Source: Syncephalis fuscata S228
Lineage: Eukaryota > Fungi > Zoopagomycota
DNA: 64,000 bases
Assembly (NCBI GenBank): GCA_025786725.1
Contig: JAHLTZ010000006.1
Location: forward strand, 310,001 to 374,000
Direction of reading: 5' to 3'
Part shown: positions 42,268-60,994 of the stretch, in pieces
Numbering within the stretch: the stretch's first letter is position 1
Layout: each line of letters begins with the position of its first letter
Made by a program: the position numbers and the translations under genes
The notes under the pieces: generated by a model
Databases searched by the model: none
The model's input: only the letters and a program-made list of their open reading frames with translations
What the model was told of the DNA's origin: nothing

Positions 42268-42814
42268 ATGGTAGGTATACAGGTGGCATCGTTATGATAT
42301 AACGACTGATGACATGCACTTTACTTTCATCCAACGATGGGTAGTCTAGCGGCAACGACCCAACATTTACACCTCGCGGCCCTTCAGAAATTGCGGCCCC
42401 GACCGAATTCAACATAGAAGAGACGGTCGACCGCATTGCTTCGCGTAAGGGTGTTCATGGTGTTGTGATTCTTAATCGGCAAGGTATGGCCGTCCGCTCC
42501 ACACTACCTATCGATATGACGCGGCAGTATGCACATCTCCTTAATGGTCTAGTACAACAAACGCGCAATGTAGTCCAAGACTTGGACTCGGAAAATCAGG
42601 CAAGCTACTTTATATATAAACAAATATAAACACACGCTTATTTATTACAATAGAATGATTTAACCTTTCTACGTATTCGAACGAAGAAACATGAGATTAT
42701 GGTGGCACCAGGCAAGTATCAATACTAACTACTGCATAGCCATTTAATGAATAATCAATAGGTCCTGAATATCTACTAGTGGTCATTCAAAATCCACAAG
42801 AGCACTATCAATAA
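42268..42814 (+). CDS. DYNLRB: Dynein light chain roadblock/LC7 (exons 42268-42270, 42345-42599, 42654-42711, 42762-42814)
   Basis: IEETVDRIASRKGVHGVVILN...RSTL...DLD...NDLTFLRIRTKKHEIMVAP...YLLVVIQNP; not in the ORF track; first exon less certain. Confidence 0.93.
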
Positions 42815-42995
42815 TTCTTAGTTCTTGTCGTATCATTCGTGCCAATATTTACATAATAATACATTGTTATTGTCATTACATCAATATTATCAATATTAAC
42901 ATTTCATTCTGTATAGCTGTGTTATTGTTATTATTATTACTACTACCATCATTGCTATTAATTATCGTTTAACTATAACACTAAAGTAAAGAAAT

Positions 42996-48770
<5,775 letters not shown>

Positions 48771-48928
48771 TGTTGTCAAAAAGGTCTAAGCAAAAACAAC
48801 TATAAAAAAGAAAAAGACGCCTTGAAGCGGATACAAATAATGTAAAATTTTAGTTATCATATTTCTTTTTTTCTATTTAATTTAATCTGCTTTAAATCAA
48901 TTTTATTTAAATTGTATTCAACTTTTTA

Positions 48929-49668
48929 CTTTGACTCCCACATTTAGAGTTCTCAAAGCAAAATTCGTTCCAATTTAATTTATGTTGTTCTGCGCAGCAA
49001 ACATAGTTATAATGTTTTTATTTAACTACTTTGAAATCCACGAGGCCGATTATTGTTGTTGTTGGCCATGTATAGAAAATTGATCGAATATTAATAGAAG
49101 CCATATAATTGCAATTCCATATCATTCCGTAGTTGTTGTTATTGTTACTACGTACAGTGTGGCTTCTTTGCGTCTAAATGGTCTTTTATATTTTCCAATC
49201 TTCTACTGTTGCATTTTGAGCATGTTCGCGATGTAAGATACTCGTCTATGATGACAAGAAGGTAGGACAACTAGCGTTTCTGATGTTCACCATTGTTTTG
49301 AGCATTGTTGGTATCAACTTAATAGGCGCAATTACTTTGCCAATCATTAATGAAGCAAATGACCTTCACCATATGCAATAATAATAGGCTAAGTGTCTTT
49401 ACCAGGAAGATCTTGTAGCGACAGTTGTAATCAGAATATACGGCATGCCGTTGAGGTTACTTGAACAGGTGTTAATGTAAAATAATATAAATAAAGACTA
49501 AGAATTAAATAATGTTATTTATTGATGTTCAAATACACATGTTATTTATATCGTTATATTTGGTATTATTGTGTAATCTATTACTGAATAAAATATCTAA
49601 AAAGAAGATAAACGACAACGATAAGAAAAAGGCGACGAAATCAGTAAATAAAAATGTGAGAGCCAAAG
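48929..49668 (-). mobile_element. Non-autonomous TIR element with Fanzor relic (copy C)
   Basis: TIRs CTTTGACTCCCACATTT (48929-48945) and reverse complement of 49652-49668 CTTTGGCTCTCACATTT (15/17), TA on both sides. Minus strand encodes PIIIAYGEG..F..LMIGKVIAPIK...LVIIDEYLTSRTCSKC...WNCNYMASINIRSIF with frameshifts. Confidence 0.85.
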
Positions 49669-49940
49669 TACAACAGCTTCAAATGATTAATTAACCAACG
49701 CTATAATGTCTATTTGATATAATACACCACAATCTATTCATCTGTTACGATTATTACTACTATTTCTACCACTGCTACTACTGCATATCAATAGCTATAC
49801 AGAGACAGTATAGTATGAAAGAAGTGAATTAGTTACATTTCTTTTTACTTGACCAGATCTGTAGATCTATACGTGTATATATACTTATTGAACAGTGCAT
49901 TCCTTGAGCAATATTTGTTATATATTTCTTTTCATTTAAT

Positions 49941-50662
49941 ATGCTGTCATCTAACATTTCATTGTCAAGTATTAGTAGCTCGTTAGCTACTACTAATGTT
50001 ACAAGCCGCGGCATAGCACCAAGCCAAGTTGCTTATCCAGATTGGGAGAGTTTAGTAAGTCGTTATCGCTATTGTGTTTAATAATACAAGTTGACTAATT
50101 AATTACTATAATAATAGGAACAACAGGTACCACCAGTCAATTGGACCTAAATCAACGACATGCACCACAACTAGTATTACCAGGTCTGTATATCGGTTCG
50201 TTGCAAGTATCCCGTTCGCTACCAGAGCTTCGGGAACGAGGCATTACACATATTATTCATGCTTGTGACTCGGATGGACGGCCCTTACCCTCCTCTCTTA
50301 CTACTATGCACAGCTACAACACTAGTGACAATATTATAAACAATACTGGCATGCCTTTGTTGTCTGATGGAGGCCCAGTAATTGAATTAAAGACTATCGA
50401 CATTTATGATCGAGGCCGTCATTCGTTGGCTGCCTTTTCTGATGCATCACAATTCTGCCGACTAGCATGGGCCAATGGCAGCAATGTGCTTATTTACTGC
50501 TTAACCGGCATTGACGCAAGCCCCGTCATTGCTGTAGCCATTATTATGGAAATGACGGGTATGGCTTGTGTTGATGCTATGCACTGGGTTCAAATGCGTC
50601 GACGATGTACCAATATTCGAGGTGTCTATCTTCGCTTACTAGAGGCAAGTTATTCAATACGT

Positions 50663-50693
<31 letters not shown>

Positions 50694-51047
50694 GGAACAA
50701 CACTAATATATTTATATACAGGAATATGAACCTGTATTATATGCACAACAAACAACAATGAATGAAACAGCATTAGCTATCGATCCATCATTGCATGGGT
50801 CACTACAACAACAGTCATCAAAACGGTAAGTTGTTGTTAATAAGCTTGTATTTTGTTTATATTTGCATTAATGCCATACTGAAGTAGTCTAAGAGACCAT
50901 AATAATGACCATGAAGACGATGAAACAATGGGTCACAGCCATCGAAAGAATCTCTTGCTTGATTCTACTGCTACTGATTCTAATGCAAACTCGGCCTCGC
51001 CTATTACTATTTGTACACTTCCTATTAACTGGTCAGGTCCAAATTAG
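49941..51047 (+). CDS. STYX-like dual-specificity phosphatase-fold protein (copy 1), multi-exon; 3' end approximate
   Basis: QLVLPGLYIG, GITHII, NVLIYCLTGIDASP, VQMRRRC; 1-nt deletion near 50149 relative to copy 2. Confidence 0.8.
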
Positions 51048-51186
51048 CTTTTTTGTTTCATTTATCCAATATGACTGCTACTATACTAATATATATATAT
51101 ATATACATTATTACCAATAATTTTTTTATTCCATTACTGTTATTACTAACTATACGTCATGATTTTTATATAAATGACGTAGATAT
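49952..51186 (+). repeat. ~1.24-kb near-identical direct duplication (partner 54221-55453)
   Basis: Identical by eye apart from about five substitutions and small indels. Confidence 0.95.
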
Positions 51187-52295
51187 AAATTTATTATTAT
51201 TATTGACAATTTATTTAGCTGATTGTTTATTTATTTTTGTTAAGGTTATTAATTACCATTAAACAATTCATTAACTATTTATTATGAGTTGATGGTCAAA
51301 TAACTACTTTAATAATATTTGCGTAATTGAACTACACATTGTTCTATTGAATATAGGAACGGGTAGTGAGTTATATCAGTCATTGAATCTATTATTATGG
51401 CTATTCTGTATAAACATATCTATTGTGAATACCACCATATCGTTACATTCTCGCAGTATTGCAATATTGATATTTGCATTGTCCTTATTCTCTAACTTTT
51501 TACAGTCCCATATTGACCTATTTGGTGTTAGCTAGCTTAACGATTATTAGCTATAAATTATTAACTAAATACATATTTTAATAAATCAATAAAGTTATGC
51601 ATACTCATATTGTTTCATTCGTCTGTATGGTTCAATAAATAAAATGAATCAAGGTGTATTGGTAATTGAGCCAGGGACAAACAAGCGACCGTTATGAACA
51701 GTACGTGATTACTAATAAATAAATAATTTAGAATAGGATGAATATACAATGGAAAGTATACAATTAATAGCGTTGAGTCTATAATGCATAAAACCTTACC
51801 ATTGATGTACAATATCAACGAACTTTGTAAAATGGTATTATTCGTTATTTACAATAGATACTTCCATCATAAAAATGTACTATTTTATTTCCAATAGCTA
51901 TGATCACAATAAAGCATTTAACTTTACATATAATATTTGAAATGTCAATAGAGCGTTAGTTTACAAATCTAATTGTAAAAGCATTGCGCCCACACTGTAA
52001 AAGCATTTAAAAATATTGAAAAGTTATTCCAGTGTAATAGTGTGTAAAAAAGATGTAAAACTAGCTACAATCGTAACAATATCTTTATGTAAAATAAAAC
52101 ATTATATGATATTTCGCACAATTATACTAAGTAAATTATTAATCAAATTCAAATATATTATATCCAATTATTTATTGCCTCATCTACCTTTACATAACTT
52201 AATTTTTTAATTACTAAAATAATCAAAATTAAGCGCGATCTTCCCGCTGTAGCTTAAACAAAACAATATGCATCGCCAATTGCAAAAAAACAAAG

Positions 52296-52311
52296 CGCCG
52301 TGGCGCAAAAA
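52296..52311 (-). terminator. Pol III terminator (T5) after tRNA-Asp, followed by a short GC inverted repeat and another T-run
   Basis: Minus strand after the tRNA reads AACCTTTTTGCGCCACGGCGCTTTGTTTTTTT. Confidence 0.7.
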
Positions 52312-52315
52312 GGTT

Positions 52316-52387
52316 CTCTCTGTCGGGGAATTGAACCCCGGTCTTCCGCGTGACAGGCGGATATACTCACCACTATACTAACAAAGA
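52316..52387 (-). tRNA. tRNA-Asp(GTC)
   Basis: 72 nt; acceptor stem TCTTTGT/ACAGAGA, A box TAGTATAGTGG, anticodon loop CTGTCAC, B box GGTTCAATTCC. Confidence 0.97.
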
Positions 52388-52394
52388 TAACTAG

Positions 52395-52513
52395 AAACTA
52401 CATTACTTCTCATTCCCGCGTGGTCCCCCACCGCAGTACTACAGAAGCGCGGCCTAACTTAACTTCGGAGATCGGACGGGATCCGGTGCTTTCTAGGCGC
52501 AATGAACGTAGTT
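52395..52513 (-). rRNA. 5S rRNA
   Basis: 119 nt; AACTAC/GTAGTT terminal helix; AAAGCACCGGATCCCGTCCGATCTCCGAAGTTAAG; TAGTACT...TGGGGGACCACGCGGGAA (box C region). Confidence 0.95.
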
Positions 52514-53399
52514 GAAGTGGAAGCAGTTTTTTGCAAGTCGTTCGTAATTTCTTTTACGTAAAAGCCTACCATTATCATGGCATTTGGCTACACATACGTC
52601 ATAGGATTGCATCGTATACAAAAGCAAACGCATACACGCAATAATAACAACAATTATAAACATAGCACTATCGATAAGCATATATATAATAATGATGACA
52701 GTATATGCATGTAATCTATTAGTATAGTTATTACTATCATCAGCATAATACAATAAACGAATCATATCAATGAATAACAACAAGAGCATTTATGAGTAGT
52801 ACAGTGCATTATATATGCAGTTATAGAATACGATTACTATTCAATAGTAAAAGTATATATACACATATATTGTGCATATATGCGTACTGTTATTCAATAG
52901 CTATAGTAGATGACAAGGCAATACAGTGCATTAAATGATAAGTATAAGCAACAATAAAAATGCATATAGAGTAGATGACTAGCATACATACAGGCTGTGT
53001 ACTATAGTCAATAGCAACAAAGCAAACACGACAATACGAAAGAAAGATAGATAGACAAGTGTGACGTGCATATAGTATACCTACTTACCATCATAATTAC
53101 CTATAAAAGTGATGAACAAAGAATACAGATGGCAAGTACAGTAAGGAATAGAAAGAAAGAGTGCGATAGGTGACGTGATGGAAAGGAATAAGTGTGATGC
53201 ATATAGGCTGTGCTAAATGGTGTGTGACTATTGTAAAATAATAAAACGAATAAGTAATAGGAAAAGTATGAATAGTAATGCCGAAGCTATAGTGCATATA
53301 GCCTGATGAGCGACATAGGTTAAATGAGTCGACTGTTATTAGTAGTCAAACTAGCGTTAGACAAATAGCAGTTCTGAATAGCGTGTAGCCATTGTAGAA

Positions 53400-53750
53400 C
53401 AAAGCGATATATAAAAGAATGAATATAGAGTGAAAGGTGTCTGAATAGCGATGTTAAAGTTATAGTGCATACAATGCAATGAAGAGAATGACTGAAGTAT
53501 ACTGATACATATAAACAATAGAATGTGTCTAATATATCATATAATGGTATATAATAGTGTGGGATATAATATGAATGATATAGATGAATAGTAGATATAT
53601 GCATACTGGATAATAAATTTATGATGACAAGTATTTTGGTTATTGATGTTATTCACCACTCAGTTCAATGTTCACTAGAACAAATGCCTAGTTTAAATGT
53701 GTAAATGTTATTAACTATAGTCGTTTGATCGTCAAATCATGCCAAATGTT
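53400..53750. repeat. Dispersed AT-rich repeat family copy
   Basis: ATATATGCATACTGGATAATAAATTTATGATGACAAGTATTT matches ~3747-3788. Confidence 0.7.
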
Positions 53751-54210
53751 AATAATCAATTAGTCTAAATATGGTAGTTATCTAGACAAACAACTACAAC
53801 AATAGCAAGCGCTGGCGTTACTAGCAATGGCTAAATGTATTGGTCCCAACTGTCAGTCATGGACATATTTTGCACAAACTATTGCCACCTTGTGATCTAG
53901 TATATAATTTTAAACCATTTGCACGCGTTAATAAAGCAATTAACTTTTATTTTGCTCTGAATTTAATACACATATTTCTCAATTTAAAAGCATAGATTTT
54001 TAAGCTTTTTTATATTTAAAATAGCTAACAATAGCTTAAAAGACATCAAGTTTACCTTTTTGAAGACAGAAGAAAAGTATAAGCTCTTTACAAAAAACAA
54101 AAATACTTAAGCTACGTTTAATGAAAATTAAATATTTTATAAGGTGGCTAATTTCTATTAATTATTTATAAATCATATAACTATGGGATAAACAAAAAAC
54201 AAACAAAAAT

Positions 54211-54932
54211 ATGCTGCATTTAACATTTCATTGTCAAGTATTAGTAGCTCGTTAGCTACTACTAATGTTACAAGCCGCGGCATAGCACCAAGCCAAGTTG
54301 CTTATCCAGATTGGGAGAGTTTAGTAAGTCGTTATCGCTATTGTGTTTAATAATACAAGTTGACTAATTAATTACTATAATAATAGGAACAACAGGTACC
54401 ACCAGTCAATTGGACCTACAATCAACGACATGCACCACAACTAGTATTACCAGGTCTGTATATCGGTTCGTTGCAAGTATCCCGTTCGCTACCAGAGCTT
54501 CGGGAACGAGGCATTACACATATTATTCATGCTTGTGACTCGGATGGACGGCCCTTACCCTCCTCTCTTACTACTATGCACAGCTACAACACTAGTGACA
54601 ATATTATAAACAATACTGGCATGCCTTTGTTGTCTGATGGAGGCCCAGTAATTGAATTAAAGACTATCGACATTTATGATCGAGGCCGTCATTCGTTGGC
54701 TGCCTTTTCTGATGCATCACAATTCTGCCGACTAGCATGGGCCAATGGCAGCAATGTGCTTATTTACTGCTTAACCGGCATTGACGCAAGCCCCGTCATT
54801 GCTGTAGCCATTATTATGGAAATGACGGGTATGGCTTGTGTTGATGCTATGCACTGGGTTCAAATGCGTCGACGATGTACCAATATTCGAGGTGTCTATC
54901 TTCGCTTACTAGAGGCAAGTTATTCAATACGT

Positions 54933-54965
<33 letters not shown>

Positions 54966-55453
54966 GGAACAACACTAATATATTTATATACAGGAATATG
55001 AACCTGTATTATATGCACAACAAACAACAATGAATGAAACAGCATTAACTATCGATCCATCATTGCATGGGTCACTACAACAACAGTCATCAAAACGGTA
55101 AGTTGTTGTTAATAAGCTTGTATTTTGTTTATATTTGCATTAATGCCATACTGAAGTAGTCTAAGGGACCATAATAATGACCATGAAGACGATGAAACAA
55201 TGGGTCACAGCCATCGAAAGAATCTCTTACTTGATTCTACTGCTATTGATTCTAATGCAAACTCGGCCTCGCCTATTACTATTTGTACACTTCCTATTAA
55301 CTGGTCAGGTCCAAATTAGCTTTTTTGTTTCATTTATCCAATATGACTGCTACTATACTAATATATATATATATACATTATTACCAATAATTTTTATTCC
55401 ATTACTATTATTACTAACTATACGTCATGATTTTTATATAAATGACGTAGATA
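54211..55453 (+). CDS. STYX-like phosphatase copy 2 (duplicate; altered first codons, possibly pseudogene); span is the duplicated block
   Basis: Exon 2 intact (VNWTYNQRHAPQLVLPGLYIG) but the ATG at 54211 is out of frame. Confidence 0.7.
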
Positions 55454-55717
55454 TGAATGCTCACGCTGTCTATAGTCATATGATCGGTGTAAATAGGCGG
55501 CGTGTTGACCACATGCCATAACTGCACCCCACCCTCCCCTTTGCTTTTATAAACAGGCTAATACATTGTAGGGATGTATGTGTGTGTATGTGTACACGGA
55601 GTGGTACATTTACATATTTCATATTCTATTCGTTCAACCATCTGCACACACCAAACACACATCCCAGCAGGTACTTACACAATAAAAACAAGAACAACAC
55701 CACAGAAATGTGATGTA

Positions 55718-55724
55718 TACACAC

Positions 55725-55773
<49 letters not shown>
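55718..55773. repeat. Compound (CA)n(GA)n microsatellite
   Basis: Seen directly. Confidence 0.9.
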
Positions 55774-56373
55774 TAAACAAACCATACATTAGCAATATTT
55801 CTCTTCCTTTCTCTTCCTCTCTCTCATCCACTCTCACTTCTCCTATTTGGTTTATTTGTCGTCTATACTAACTGGAATAACCAAGACGACAAAGACCTTT
55901 TAAACAACCTTTATTGGTTTGTCGGTTTCATCTTTATTTCTTTTCTTTTCCCCTTATTGCTATTCGACAATTCCAGTCATCCTTTCTATCTGGGATACGT
56001 TGCATACATTGTACCTGTATAGGCCTCGTTTTCATTTCTGTATTGACGCCTTTATATTCATTGCCTTGTCGTTCTATACGCTTATTACTACCTTGTCTAC
56101 GCCCCATTGTGCTTCTTACTCTCAATAGTTTGTTGGCTGGCCTAGTATTATTGTGTTTGTTTGGTTGTTGTACGTCATCTCTTCATTGGTTACTTACGCA
56201 TTCTAACTTATTACTCCTATCGCTACTATTATTATCGCTACTATATTATTTCTATATTATTTCTATATTATTATTAGTATATTAGAACGTATTAGTGGTC
56301 ATCTATTTTAGTTTATTTTATTTTATTATTCTTTATACGAGCCACGCTGTGACGTGCTCATTACAACTCCGAT

Positions 56374-59300
56374 ATGTCACATCGGGATCTAATTCAATTG
56401 CCGTCAGCACGGCATCATGATCTCGACATATTAACTGATACAGATGCATCAATGAGTGAACATAATGACCATGATGACCAAGAATCAATGGCTGATCTAT
56501 CAAATCACACCGTACAAACCGTATTACCAAATGTTAATGAAGATGAAATACTAGGTTATAGATATGCTGATCCTCAATATTATCAACCATCAGCCATATC
56601 ATCAACAACTACAATGACAACAATTACAAAAACACCAATAACATCGCAGGAATCGGGAACTGGCCATAATCGATCAATGACAGCGGTCGTTATATCACCC
56701 ATTACACCGTCAGTTACAGAAGAATCGGGTATAAAATTGCCGATACCAGGGGCACACGATCTTACACGTAGTCCCTCCAATGTACTTAATAGTGATGCTT
56801 ATCGGGATGCTGTAGCAAGATTTCGTAAGTGTATTAATATAATAATAATCATAACAATAATATAGAGTGAGGAGTGAAATGGGAGTGAATGGGATGGGAT
56901 GAAAGGTAATTAAATGATGATAGATTTCTATGAATTCTACGTAAAACACGATGATATCATATATATAATTCACACGCCCATGGTTTCGTTTATTTAACTT
57001 GACAACAGCCATTTCCATGATTCATTTCCCCTTTGATTAATATTACACACACTATATCATTTGAGTCTATTGTTTCCATTTCTACTTGGCCACACATCTC
57101 TATCGGATATGATTCCCCTTTATTAATACACTTTATATTAATACTATTGAACATCATTGGTATTATTGCTATACTCCCCTGGTTATCATCTATTGATTTC
57201 CTTTTATTAGGCTATTTTTATATGCATGATTGTATATTGACAGGCCTTGGCTACACTATATATCGTTGATATTGCAGTGTGGTTCAGTCATCTATAATAT
57301 ATTATTGTTGTAGATACGGCAGACCATTTATAATATACTAACGATTAACTTTACCACTCTTGAATATACTCGCATTTTATTTCATTTTCTATCACCTTTT
57401 TCATTTTCTTTATTGCTATTAGGTGCCTTTACGGCTACACTTGACGTGGCAGATAAAGTTCAACATCCTATTCGCTCGCCTGGCTTGCGCGCTTCTAATG
57501 CTCAGTGGCGTCGTAGAACAATGTCATTATCGGCAATGGCCGAATCTTTAGCCATGGTCACCGGTGCCAATCCTGTAGTAGGCGGGGGAAAGGCAGGATT
57601 GAATATAAGAGCCGGTGAACGTATGGCTCATGTTATATCTCCACTGGCGGGAAAAAGAATGACCAGTGTACAGGAACAACCAGGAGCAGAACCTACTGAT
57701 ACGACAACATCATTACCAAACGATAACTCAAAAGATTTACCACCTACTAATTCAGTAGTAGAAGTGAAAATTAATGAATCTATTGACGGTGATAATGATG
57801 ATGAGGTAGAATCAGAAGTGGCTGCAGTGACACAGGCTGCTGCTGCTGCCGGTGGTCGACGTCGTTCTCATGCCGCACTAGATACAACTATGACATCATC
57901 TACGATCAATAATGGACGTAGATCACGTAGTACAGTAATCGGCGTGGCAGCAACCAAAAGACCACCTTCATCGACGGCCACTAGTCGTAATACAGCCACT
58001 AGTCGAACAAGACCTTCATCCGTGGCATCTAACCGTTCAACAACAACAACAACCACTTCTGGTCACACCCGTAGTGCTACAACAACTTCACTATCACGAC
58101 GTGCCTCTTTGGTTGGTATGCGTGCTTCTAACAATCATTCGCCTACTACAATGAATCGTGAACCAAGTAGTACACGACGTGGTGGCGTTGCAGCATCTAC
58201 AACTACAACAACAACAACAGATCGAAAACGGCTGAGTAACAGTTCAAATACTTCAACGGATACCACAGCAAATACTCGTAAAGCAGCAACTGAAAGACGT
58301 GCCCGTAATGGCACCGCATCTACTGCTGCTTCATCATCAACCGCATCAGCATCAGCAACCGCAGCAGCAGCAACAACAACAGCATCTACACGATCCGCTT
58401 CTACTTCGAGTGTCACTCCAGTACGTCGAACAGCCACTAATCGTGCCACTAATGCAAATACCAATACTGGTGGTAGTGCCACTACCGCCAACACAAGCCG
58501 TACGCCAACACTTGGCAATTATTCAGTATCATCACGAACAACTGCAGTATCTCGTGGCGCCATGCCATCTAATCGGTCAAGATCCAATAGTAATACAAGC
58601 ACATCAAGCACAAGTGCCACGGCAATGACGACAACAAAATCATTGCCATCGACTACTAGCAGCCATAATCGTAGTGTTAATCATTCACGTAATACTTCTA
58701 TTACTAATACGACATCACCAGATACACCTGTTGTTGCCAATGCTTCATCTGAACACGACCATGATATAATGTCTTCAAATCAGCATTATCATTATGGGAA
58801 TGCCATACTTTCATTACCAGCCTCACCGGTACCAACTGATATTTTCCCTAATGAAGCATTGACCATTAATACTTCAGGATTTCTATCCTCTGAAATGGAT
58901 TTATCAACCGCTGTTGAACATGCATTTACAACTGAAGAAGAAGATGGCTGCTGTTGCGAACAATCCAATTGTCCACGTTGGCGTGTATGGTGTGATAGTA
59001 TGGCCGCTAGAGATGAAGATTTGCGATTAGCCGCTGGTAAGTGCAATATTAACATTAATATGATTGATAGGATGAACACTAATGTTTATGTATAGAAATT
59101 GGCCAAACTTTATTGGAAAAACATGATTTGTATGTGGCACAGTCACAAGAAACGATTCATGAATTACGTGAACGGTGTCGACAGGATGAAGAGCGAGTTG
59201 CCGATCTTATCCGTAATCGTGATCGTTGGCAATGTACAGCTGAATCAGCACTACGTGAACGTGATGTGCTTGATGAAGAGCGTATACGATCTGAACAGGT

Positions 59301-60961
59301 AATTACTTGACTTTTTAATATTGATTACATAATACTGATAACAATTAGACACTACGATCAATGGAAACTGAACAATCACGTTTACGTAATGAACTAGTAC
59401 GGGCCCATTCTGCCGTAGATGATTCTGAAAAACATGCCATCAATGTACGTAAATAGATAATAACCATAATACAATAGTATAATTAACTACTAAATTAACC
59501 ATTAATAGATTGATACATTACAAGCGGAATTAAATGAGGCACGTAATGCAAAACATAGCGCTGAAGCACGTCTACGTCGATGGAAAGTTCGTCATGGTAA
59601 CTAACTATACTAATCATAATTAAAATGATATTAATAATACTGTTGATAGAAACACTAAACAATTCATATGATCGTCTAAAACGTGAACACCAAGATATTC
59701 AAACATCTTATGACACACAAAATCAATCGATGGTTCAACTACGTGATGTTAATGACAAATTACGAGGAGAACTAGAAAAGGTAACAATTATTTAATATAT
59801 TAATAGCCATCTATTAATATGTATTTGTATAGATTGTTCATAAATCTGATCTTGAAGGCGATAGTCCCGAACGCACTCAAATTCTTAATATGGTACAAGA
59901 TGTCACTACACGTAATGCAGAAATGCAAGCATCTTTAGAAGAATATCGACAACTATTGAATGATTCACGAGAAGAGGCAGCTCGTTTAAGAGAACAAGTT
60001 CTATGTCCTACAACTATTCATCAGCGTAGTAGTAGTTATGCCGATAGTGTATTTTTGGATGAAGAAGTAGCATCTGCTGTGGGATCTAGACGTGGATCTA
60101 TTAGTTCAGTTGCTACCAATCCAACACCTACTGCACATGTACCCAGTATAGATGATATCGATTCATTATGTCTATCACCGCCTATACGTTCCATGTCATG
60201 TCAAGGCACCAATAGTACACGTCAACAACAACAACAGCAACAACCAAGTCTACGTCATTGTTATAGTATTGACTTTCCACCAGCCCCTGTTCAAGCAACA
60301 CCGACTCGTAGTCCAGAATTAAGACCCGTTTCAGATATACAAGATGGATCTTTAAATAGAACAGGTGCAGTAACGGATGATGACCAAGTCTATGTTGGTC
60401 GTCTACATCATCGACAACAACAAATGAGATCCCGTCGTGGTGCACGTCGATGGACAGAAATAACACCATTACCATCAGTAACTGTTACTGATGCCACTAC
60501 TGATACTACTGTATCGCCATTATTGTGTATTCGTTGTCAACATTCTAGTGATACGACGGCTATTACAACGAATGAAATGGCTACACAGACTGATCCAGTC
60601 CTTACTGGTTCTATTACTCGCCGTGTTACTAATCGACCACAATCTATATCGGTGATGACGGATAGTCAACGTCGTCGTCGTCGTCGTTCGAGTTGTAGTA
60701 ATAGTCCCGATGGTGGTGACAGTGACGAAGAGGCCAGTAGTTATGATGAATATGATTATTATGGAGATGAAGAAGAGGGTGAAGCTTTAATGAGACAACG
60801 AGAAGCCATTCAACAAAGTGGATCGACTGAATATAATAACAGCAATCCTAATACTAATTATAGTAATAACAACAACAACAGTAATAATGATAACGATGAC
60901 GAGAATGATACAGCTCGCTTTAAACGCGAGGTAAGCTGGTGGGATTTGTGGATGTAACAAG

Positions 60962-60994
<33 letters not shown>

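Noticed and set aside
51053-56285. Short hydrophobic ORFs in AT-rich spacers
   Set aside because: Composition-driven I/L/Y/F ORFs without splice or motif support.
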